From positions 1 to 64,000 of the forward strand of contig OZ237744.1 in assembly GCA_965178125.1 (NCBI GenBank): a stretch of DNA of 64,000 bases. The letters are read 5' to 3'. Shown piece by piece: positions 54,036-64,000 of this stretch. Numbering within the stretch: position 1 is the stretch's first letter; each line of letters begins with the position of its first letter. The stretch comes from Bilabrum cf. latius (Eukaryota). The position numbers and the translations under genes are program-made. Below the pieces are notes generated by a model. That model did no database searches. It was not told where the DNA came from and saw nothing but the letters and a program-made list of their open reading frames with translations.

Positions 54036-54421
54036 CTCGCGAAATAAATCGGAGCAATATGGACGGACAGATGGTAGTATGCAAAGAAGACTGGTTGAAT
54101 GTCTAGCTTTCGCAAATGGTGAATGAAAGCGCTAGCGAGAGATTCTCGAGAATCACCGGAACCAGGGGAAGGCTAAACCGGAACCTCAGGCTATCGCGAT
54201 TCGCGAAACCGAGAACGCATGATGTGGGGTGGCGGTGGTCTGCGCGACGTGTAGGTAGATGCCTGTGGAGTTAATCGCGCACGTGAGTGTGCTACGCAAT
54301 CAATAGTAATAGCAAATCAGCAAGATGCCCCGTCAGTATCAGCGTTGTCAAATTCCTCTCGGCAGGCCTAGTCGATCTCCAGTCCGTCGTCCTGGACTCC
54401 ACACCCCGTGACGCGCCTGGG

Positions 54422-57400
54422 TCACCTCCCTCCGCCGCCCGCTGCGACGGCCCTCTTTTCTCGCTCTATGAGGGCCTTTGGTTTCGGTCCGACAGGGTTG
54501 TCGAACCACCTGGCGATCTCGAACGTTGCCTGCTTCTCGGCCTCGATCTCCTTGGCGACCTGCGCACTTCGAATGCGCCTCTCCTCCATCATCCGGTGGT
54601 ACGCCTCTTGCTCGGGGGTCATCTTGCTGCCGTACTTCATCCTTCTGTAGCCGTCTAGCAGATCTTGAAGAAGGCTTGCTCTCTTTTTGGCACCCTTTTT
54701 CATCTCCTCTTCAAGAGCTTCTCTCTCAGCCTCGCGCCTCTCCACCTCTCTCCTCAGGTGACCGTCGGCCTGCTAGCCGATCTGCTGTCCCATTGAGGAC
54801 GATGGGGACAGTTTAAGCCGCGCAAGCGTGCGCCCAACGATTGCACTCTTGAAGTCCTCCTAATCCCTCTTGGACATGCGCGAGCACATCGCTTGGCGCT
54901 TAGCCCACTTTGCGTCCTGCTTCGCATCTCGTTTGCTGTACAGCTCCTGGTATCGCTTCTTGGCCTGCGCTAGTAGTTCAGCCTCCTCATCTACCTTGCG
55001 CTTGCGCTTGCGAGCCTCTTCAGCTGCCTTGTGCTTGCGGGCTTCCTCTTCCTCCTCGGCTGCCTTGCGTTTGCGCTTGCGGGCCTCCTCTTCATCGTCA
55101 GCTGCCTTGCGCTTGCGGGCTTCCTCCTCATCTTCGGCTGCCTTGCGCTTGCGGGCTTCCTCTTCCTCTTCGGCCGCCTTGCGCTTGCGGGCTTCCTCCT
55201 CATCTTCGGCTGCCTTGCGCTTGCGGGCCTCCTCTTCATCTTCGGCTGCCTTCCGCTTGCGGGCCTCCTCTTCCTCCTCGGCTGCCTTGCGCTTGCGCTT
55301 GCGGGCTTCCTCCTCATCTTCGGCTGCCTTGCGCTTGCGGGCTTCCTCCTCATCTTCGGCTGCCTTGCGCTTGCGGGCTTCCTCCTCATCTTCGGCTGCC
55401 TTGCGCTTGCGGGCTTCCTCCTCATCTTCGGCTGCCTTGCGCTTGCGGGCTTCCTCCTCATCTTCGGCTGCCTTGCGCTTGCGGGCTTCTTCTTCATCGT
55501 CAGCTGCCTTGCGCTTGCGGGCTTCCTCTTCCTCTTCGGCCGCCTTGCGCTTGCGGGCTTCCTCCTCATCTACGGCTGCCTTGCGCTTGCGGGCTTCCTC
55601 TTCCTCTTCGGCCGCCTTGCGCTTGCGGGCTTCCTTCCTATCCTCCTCCCTGATGTCCTTGTTCAACTGCTCTCTTTGCCTTCGTGCTGCTTCGAGGTCT
55701 CCTGCATTTACCCGAAGCAAAATGACAGCATCCCTGGCCTGCCTCTCGTCAAAAGCATCCAACAGCGCCTTCACTGCCTCCATCTTGCGTCCGGCAACCA
55801 AATGTCCATCTCTAGACTTCCAGTAAGCCCTGAGGCTTTTCATCGTCCGTAGTGCCCTGGCTAGCTCGTGCGAGTTGCCAACCCGAACACCAAGCCCTGC
55901 CTGCTGTTGCGCTCCCCGCAACATCAACTGCAACTCTTCGAGTCCGACCTTTTTCACCGCACTACCCGCCAAGTCTGATGAAACCCAGCCTAAGAAGCTT
56001 TCCCAGTGACGACGCCTCTCTTGCATAACAGTGAGTCCTCCATGGATGAGCTTCGCTGCCACGTTTGCGCGGAGCACCTGCTCTTGCCTGGCGACCAACG
56101 CTTCGCACTGTCGAGCAGCGCATAGGAGCCGCTCTCCGGCGAGAAGGCAGTCAGAAATAGACGAACCGTACGAGAGGTCTGCAATAGTATCGATGCATCT
56201 GCGCAGGTGGACAATGTCAAAGTCTGCTCCTCCGCTCGCTTCGCCGCCGTTGTCTTCGCTAGCAACACTCGCGGCTGAACCCCCAACCGCTCCGGCTCGC
56301 GATACGGGATCCTTGTCAGAAACACCATCGACTTCGAGAGTAGATGCACGTCCGATCTGAATTCTCGCATGTTCTACCACATGTCCGATCGCGCGAGACG
56401 ATCGAAGCAGTCGATTCAAAGTTGCTGCAGATATCATCCTAGGTGTGCTATTTGGCAGATTGTTCAGATCGTCCAGATCGTCCGCTCCGGTCCCAAACCC
56501 AAACGCAATCTGCATCAATCCTTCGGCCCTATATAACTTCGCCAACACAAACCTGACGTCCCGTACAGCTGCGTCGAATCCACAAAGGCTTTGGGCTTCG
56601 ACTGGTGATGGAAGCAATGTAATGCTTCTGGCCGCGTCATACACACTGCCGTGCTGGATACTCCTGGATTTCATGAAGAGGCTCTCCATCATCGAAGTCG
56701 GCACTCGCTTCACGCGCCCGGCCTCCTCCAGGCTCAATGCTTGCGATTCTGCGTGTCCGTTCGACTAATCAATGCTTGAAGGCCACACATAAGACTGCTC
56801 CACAGCTTCTTGAACAGAGACACAGAGGCTGCCTGAGCCCCGCTGTGCCTGCACGACGACTGGCTTGGCGTTAGAAGTTCCTGTTCTATCATCGTGATGC
56901 TACAGCTTCGCGTCCTCCTCATCAACCAGCGCACATGCTTCATCCACCAAGCGGCTAGTCCTGCTAACTGCATGCATGGACAACACTGCACCCAGCGCCA
57001 CGCTCAAAGTAGCTACCATGAGGCCCCAGTAGGCAGGGCTCGCTACCATTGCGAATGCAAGGCCCCATGCGAGGCTCATCAGGAGCCCGGCGCCAGTGTA
57101 GGCCACGGTACGGTTATCTTCAACGAGCTCTGCGTGCAATCCGACTCCGACTTGCCTGTATACAGGCAGCAATGCTACAGGAAATAGAAGCTGTCCCTAT
57201 CTCGAAGCATGCAGATCACCCATGAAATCCTTGGCAGCAGCATGAAACGGGTCAGCCTCAAACAAATGTCCTTGGTAGAGGAGCTGCACGCCATGCCCAA
57301 GCAGTACAGCAGCGACCAGCATCCAGCTCGCAGACAACCAGGCCACCAGTGTCAGCAAATCCCCGCTAGCAGCGTACTCACTTGAACCAATGATGACACC

Positions 57401-60400
57401 CGCGACAAAAAAGGTGGCAATCAAGCCACAGAACAATCGGATGACGAACAGGGGCACATCTCCACCGCGCACCAATGAGTATATCGCGATGCACACGATT
57501 GAGGCCACAAAAACGTACCCAGCAAGCAGACCCACCGTAACAGAAATGCTCTCAAACACCACATTTGCGGCCACAATGAATCCGCACAATATAGCCTAAG
57601 AAGTGATCAGGCCGCCGTACACGAACGTTGCAGAGCTGACCCTGAAGAGGCGCTCTTTCTCCGCCCCTCTACGACGTTGGGCTGCAGCACGGCGCGTGGC
57701 GCGACGATTCGTATGTTTGTCGCTCTATGCGTCTGGCAGGTACTCTGACACCTTGCTAGATGTTCGATGGCCACTATTTTGGGCCCTAAAGCAAGAACAA
57801 AGGCCGCAGAGCACGTCCCGCTCGTAGATCGCCGGCAGGTCCCAGGTGCTGTCGAACCACATGTACAGTGCTACGACCGACAATACGCCTGCTGGATACA
57901 TGAAAGCGACAAACAATAGAGCTAGCAGGATCGTGCTAGCTTGACTGTTCTCATCCACCTCAGCAGCGAATCGCACGATGGCAGGGATGTGACAAGCAGC
58001 ATGCAAGCACAAAGCCAACACGTAGAAAACGATCTGCATGACTTGCATTTGCAGCCTGCCGAAGTACATCGCTGTGCCGACATACCACAAAATACTCTGT
58101 AGCAACATGCCAGCACCATACCAAACCCATACCTGATCATCATCGTCGAGGCCGAGCCCAGCCACAACAGCAAAAGATGCGAGAAGCGCTGGCAGCACGA
58201 CAGCGCAGAGAAAAGTGTTTATCACCTCGGCCAGCAGGTTCATGCAAGCGCCTACCTGAGGCTCTGCGCGATGGTCTTCATGGGAATTACCCGAGGATCG
58301 GTCTACGGCAGCCTAAAGCTCGCCCAGTTCCGGGGGCTCTACTTCAGGTGTTGCGCTGTCTGCTGCCTGCACCTCAGCAGTCGAGGCACTTTGGTGTGAG
58401 TCGGTCCGGCGAGCTAAAAATCCAGGCTTCGAAACTTTTTTTAATGAGCTTGACTGATGCAGTGCCCCACTGTTGGAACGACCACCGCTCATGCCCTCTT
58501 CCAACGTATCTTCGGTTGACATGGACGCAGCAGGTCTCCTGGTTTTTTTCCAGCAGCATGCTACCAGACAACTGTTGGAGCCGCAGAGAATGTAGTCCGT
58601 TTGATTCAGCCGTTCCATTGCAACTGCTATGATAACGTATGCTCCGGGCAAGAAGTACAGTGCCGCTGACAGGATGTAGGACCGCGTTGCAAGGAACATG
58701 CAGAACCCGATGATCGCGCTGCCTGCAGCAAAAGCTGCCCCGCAGTAAATCGTATGCATCGAAGTACCCCTACCCATGTCATGCTCCACCTGGTGGTGGA
58801 ACAGGAAAAACAAAAACGCAAAGGCAACGATCGCCAGGGCGCACAGGCCGAATACCCACTGCGGGTGTCTGCGATTGATCAGCAAGACTTGGTCCTTGGG
58901 CACCACGTCAAGGTCTGCCTGCAGGATGCTTAGCACTACAATGGCAAGTGTAAATACACAAGTCAGCGCAGCAAGCAAGAATATCGGAGATGAAACGAAT
59001 TCGCAACAGGTGGACCCCACCATGCCGGCCCGCCTCGCTTGCACTGTTTGCACTTCCGACACGATCGACATCTCACGCGTCGCGCCCAGCAGATCCTCTC
59101 TATTCGGCGGTGCTTCAGCAGATGGCGAACTAGCGCTTGACCTCGCCTTCGCTTCTCGGATCCACGCTGCAACAGAGGCTGGTTCGCTGGGGCCTTTGCC
59201 CCCTGCCAGGCCATCATCGCTGTCGCTGTCGCTGTCGCTGTCGCTCTCAGCATGCTCAGAGAGTGGTTTTCCTGACCCAGATCCATGAAGATCTGATGCT
59301 GTGGATGCTTGCATCAACCTTAGCACGCTCAGCCGTGCGAGGTAGACCCCAAATGCGGCGTACGTCGCTGCCACGCCCAGCAGCCACAGTCGAGTGCCTG
59401 CAGACAGGAGGAGGAATCGGCTCGCGGTCATGGCAGCAATAACCATACCTGTGTCCTGAAATAGACCACCGCGGTACCCTAGTCCGGTCACGCAGTCCAA
59501 CAGGAGCACAACGAGAGCAATGACCCAGCCGAGGCCCCTCTCGTCGCCCCCTTCGCCGTCAAGCTGCGACACGGTTACCGCCAAAGCAAGGAGGACAACA
59601 ACCGAGCCCAGATACATCCAAACAGCCCACCACCATTTGCTTGCCCCTGCGGCCCTTGCAGCCTTTAGGTCAAGCCAGCTCTCCTTCGGTCTGGCTGGCT
59701 GCACCAGTAGGTACGGTTGCAGGATGTTTTCTAGCGGTACATCAGCTGGAGACTTGCTTTGCCCCGCCTCTAAATCCTGCGAATGCCGGGGAGAATCGCC
59801 AGCACCGGCACCACTTGCTGGAGGCGGCTTTAGTGCCGCTGCACGACCAGAATCTCCTTGTTCCTCGGCTGTTGCAAGGGGCTCATCGGACTGCGGCTTC
59901 GCCTCCACACTTCCAAGGACGCCTTTCTGCATGAGGTCCACGCTGTAGTGATGCTCCGATGTGGACCAAAGGAATACTGCAGCAGTGGAAAGCAGCGCGT
60001 TCACTCCCAGAAAGACCCAGGCCGTGTTGAGAAATGAGAAGACGTACGCAGGTTCATCCTCGAGCACGCCAGTACCAGGTGCCGTAGCAGATAGGTTTGC
60101 AGCGATCGAGACGTCTGGCTGCGACTATGTAAGATTTCCCTTAATTACGATCGAAAGCTCCAACGTAACGACTAATGCAATGGCAATAGCCACGAACAGG
60201 CAGGGCTGCGAGCAAGTGGTCGCAAGGCTGCGCCACCCGCTAGAGCACCAGCTTCGAAAAGCAGCAGCAACTAGGAAAAATGCAGATCCCAGGGTGATCA
60301 ATCCGATTCCAAGTAGAGATGGGTCCACATGCCTGATGAGAAGGGCGCCCCTGCGATTGAAGATGTGGAAGGTATTTCGGTTGCGACCACGGCTTGCGAT

Positions 60401-60793
60401 GTGCGCAGGCAGAAGAAGGGCCTGGTGAGCCTACTAGTAGTACTTGGGCGTAACCGATCTCAACATGTTCAGTTCTTTTCACTTCTAGAGTCTGTTAAGC
60501 ATTGTATGATAAGGATCAGACAGGATACTGGCAATCTCCTCTCACCACACTATAAGTAAAATGAAAGCTATCGCCTGGACAGCGAACAGTCCTAAAGTCG
60601 CCCAAATAAGTTGCTAGCACGACGCAACTATACCTGAAGCAGCAAAGTGTTGCTACCAAAAGGTACCACTGGACTTATACAGCACCAGCAGCGAAAAACA
60701 GAAGAACAGCGTGTATGGAATTCCGATGGAATACCACAGGGAGAGAAATTCCTGCCGCTGGTCGCTGTCGAACGATGATTCAAGCGTTTGCAT
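54422..60793 (-). CDS. Large multipass membrane protein, DEK1/TML-calpain membrane-domain-like, with a charged repeat tail (~2058 aa); intron 60351-60545
   Basis: Pieces 60125, 58313, 57725, 57197, 56900, 54860 and 54422 share one frame joined by TAG. Many hydrophobic helices; motifs RSWCSSGWR, YPAGVLSVVALYMWFDSTWDL and LLPVY..LAWGLAFAMVASPAYWG..AVSR. Confidence 0.75.
54990..55635 (-). repeat. 36-bp coding tandem repeat (~16-17 copies) encoding ARKRKAAEDEEE
   Basis: Plus-strand unit gccttgcgcttgcgggcttcctcctcatcttcggct, with occasional 6-bp (RK) expansions. Confidence 0.95.
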
Positions 60794-61209
60794 TGCACTT
60801 TATGCCACCGGGTGGACCTTTGGCCGTTTGGAGTGCTCTGGGAAGCGCAATCGAAATGGGACTGCGCGGAACACAATGCCGCGGCGCCGCGCATCGTCAC
60901 CACGGCCCGGGTGTTCGTTGGTTCCGCTGGGGCGCCCCAGCCAAGATTCATATCCAATCTATCTCGACAAATGTGTGATTTGAACAAGCAAGCAACTGTA
61001 AGGCTTAATGCAATCAGTAAAGCCAAGCTTTTCGGGCCCCGCCCACCTCGCGAGCCCTATCAAAAATGCAAGGCTATCATTCCGATTCGCACAGCAACTT
61101 CCCGATCGCTAGCGAACACCGACCACGGCACCGCATACTTAAGCACGTGCTGATACAGACCGATACACGGACATGTAGTCCCATATGTCACAAGCAAGAC
61201 CCTCCATCC

Positions 61210-64000
61210 TCAGGTGGATGTGCCCATACCGATGGCTGCCGCCTACGCTTTCCTCTCGGCCTCTGAGCCCTCCTCCACGGGCAGTGCGCCAGAGTACGTG
61301 CGGAGGGAAGGATCGCCACCACTGGCAGGGGCCACCTTGCCCTCGCCCTTGGCATCACCCAGCTCCGACAGCGAGATTCCACCGCGGGCACCGGGGGGCA
61401 GCCGACGGCCGCTGCCGGCCGTCTTCAGCCGCCTTCCAGCCCTGGAGGGCTACGGGCCGTGCATGGAACTCATCGCAGCGGCGGCGGCCCGCTCCGACGT
61501 CATCGCCGCTGCCGCCGCCCCGCTAGAACCTGCTGCCCCCGCAGCGCCCTGTCCCTGCAGCGGCACCGCCTGTCCGCCATACCCGTACCCATAGGCATCC
61601 CCTCTCACCTTCTGTGTATCCATGGTGCCCATTTTGCGCATGGAGGCGCCTCGACGGAGCAAACGCTGCGCTACATTGCGTGCCCGCACGGCCTCGCTGT
61701 GCTGGTACTCCTTGACACCCTCCTCGGTTACGGTCTGCCCCAGCATCGTGCCCTTGATGGCTTGCATTGTGCCAGCCACTACCCCTGTGTCGTCGTGCCC
61801 GGCGCCGGCAGTAACGGCGTCGAGGGTACCCGGCGGGGGACTTCCATGGAGCGGGTTGTCGATGTGGATGGAGCGGGCACTGGCCGCATCTGCACCACCT
61901 TGCTGGCCCATTGGGTTCGCCTGCAGCGGGGTGCCACCGGCCATGGGACTGCCGCCCATTTGCGCAGGCTTGGTTTTCGCCAGCATGGGCGCCCTGCCGC
62001 GTCCTCCTGGGCTCTGCATCGACCCGTCTGCGGACATCGCGCTGGCCCCGCGGCCGTGCCCTGCGGGCATGAGCTGTCGTCTCGACTACCCGTGGTGGCC
62101 TCCCTCACCGCCCGGAAGCTGGATGTGGCGCCGCGAGGCCGCAATCTCGAGGTTCCGCATGGAGGCGAACTGCGCCATCATCATCTGTCTGGTGCGCTGT
62201 GCGTGCTTGCGCATCTTCGAGTGGGGGTCGTGGTGGGTCGTGCAGCAGTTCTGCAGGACGCAGCCCACGATGACAAGGGCCACAAGCGATCCGGTCACGA
62301 TCAGCGCGATCAGGCCGGTCCGCGTGCCGAACAGCCAGTCAGATAGTTCTCCCAAGAAGCTGGTCGTCGGGAACGTGCTCGTAACTAAATCTTCTCTTGA
62401 TGCAGCGAGCTGCACGCAGCCGGGCCGCTGGGCATACACTGCGGCCCAGTAGGAGCCAGTCTGCGACCGCTCCGTCACGAGCAAAGAGGCCTAGCCGTCA
62501 GCAGACGCCTGAATGGCTGCAAAATCTGCGACCTGTCTTGGCAGCACCGTCGCCACCAGGAGGGCCGGCACGGCGCGCAGATCGTTCGGATCCACCGCCG
62601 CACCACCGCCGCCACCCACGCCTGTGCCTGGAAGGCCGATCACGACGGCATCATCGCCGTCGTCGGCGACACCAACACCCTGCCCGTTGTCGATGAACGC
62701 GGGTGCATCGGCACACATCATGTCAGAAGCGTTCGTGGACACGTTCACATCCAGCGGGTGTCCCACCTTTAGCCTGAGTGCCCTTCCGTTCTGCAGGGGC
62801 TGCTGCACCTTGACCAGCACTAGGTCGCCCTCGTTCATGTACTGCTTCTGGTCGCAGATCGAGCACAGGAAGTCGAGCGACTGTGCAGCGTCCACCAGTC
62901 GGCTGAAGTCCTGGAACCGCGGGGAGGAGCACAGCGCGTCATCGCTGCCCCAGCCGGGCAAGCACTGGCACTGCAGTGATCCACTAGCGTTCACCAGAGT
63001 GCCTGACCCGCCGCACCTACGAGCGGTGCAGAAGTCGATAGCGGGAGACCGCAGCAGCGGACTCCCAACCGCCGCGCCCGTTTCGGCCGCCTCACCCTCA
63101 TCCCCATCCACCACCACAGCGGCACTCGCGTTCGCCGCCGCCTCCTGAAGATCACACAACCGGTCCACGCTCTCCAGATCTGTGCCGGTGAAGTCGACAG
63201 AGCTGGCTTGCACCCGCCGCGTCCCGGCCTCCTGACCCTCTGCATCCTCTCGTGCCGCGAGTCGCTGCGCCTGCGTGCGCGCGGCTGAAGCAAGGTCAAA
63301 GCTCTCATCGGCGATTGCCATGAGCGACAGGTCCACGGCGGCGTCCGCCTTTGCGTCCCTGGCGTTGTGCACGCCGATCACGAGGAACTAGGCCGTGGGG
63401 TCTTCGCGCGACACGAGGAGCGTCTGCCTGTGCTGGCCCACCGGGGCAATGGCTGAGCTCGTCGGGGTGCCAAGGATGTCCCACCCGACCCCGCTAGCTC
63501 GCGAAGCGGCTGTTGCGTTGGGATCAATTGCCTGGCCGCCAGAGCCACCGCTGTCTAGAACAGCCCGCTGCAGCTTGCCGTAAAGTCCGTTGGCTAGCAG
63601 AGCCTGTGCTCTCGCTGCGTCCTCCGTCACATTCGTGGAGGCAAACGACACCACCGCCTCGGTCTCGCCCTCCAGCGCCCGGCGATACCCCGCATAGTCG
63701 TACATGGCCAAGGCACCGCTAAGCCGGGCGAGGGGGCGGTTCAGGCGGGATTGCTCGAATGAGGCCACAACCAGAGGCCTCGCCTGATGCGAGCCAGCCG
63801 ACCTCGCCAACGCCGAAGCGCGGATCATGTCCAGCCTGACTTGCTTCGTGGACACGCCCAGACGGTGGATGAAGTATCGCCACTCGCCGGGTACGATGGG
63901 TCCCGCGAACGCCACATCGCCGCTCTGCAGTGGCGGCGCCTCTGTCTCGCACCTGGCTCCCTCGAACCCGAACGCGCACTCGCATTGCTGCCTACACACG
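61210..64000 (-). CDS. Type I membrane protein with EGF-like domains (5' part outside the window)
   Basis: CECAFGFEGARC and CQCLPGWGSDDALC, then transmembrane segment GLIALIVTGSLVALVIVGCVL. Pieces 63388, 62491, 62086 and 61450 share one frame joined by TAG. Ends in TGA at 61210. Confidence 0.8.

Noticed and set aside
1-64000. Suppressor tRNA-Gln(CUA) or other tRNA/rRNA genes
   Set aside because: No cloverleaf or rRNA-like sequence was recognised by eye. A covariance-model scan would be needed to exclude them.

Overview
This window is the left end of a gene-dense eukaryotic chromosome, most likely from a flagellated protist (IFT dynein, TTC29, CCDC146); the species cannot be determined from the sequence alone. 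It begins with a (CCCTAA)n telomere. A ~1.5 kb cassette (5'-open ORF plus 339-bp tandem repeats) follows, then a second internal telomeric tract and a 53-bp satellite. The rest is about 15 tightly packed genes with few short GT-AG introns. Main result: the genome uses a non-standard nuclear genetic code. In-frame TAG codons interrupt nearly every gene and repeatedly fall on conserved Gln positions (ASF1, dynein-2 heavy chain, Snu114, ELP5), while genes end in TGA or TAA. UAG therefore reads as Gln and appears decoupled from UAA. Under this code the fragmented ORF track collapses into long genes: a ~4650-aa dynein-2 heavy chain, a ~2590-aa 'Swiss-army-knife' RNA end-healing protein (MJ1316, 2H, P-loop kinase, 2H, HAD, nucleotidyltransferase), a ~2060-aa DEK1-like multipass membrane protein lacking a calpain domain, VPS41, an NCoR/SNT1-like SANT protein and others. 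Family assignments rest on motifs recognised by eye; no database search was run.
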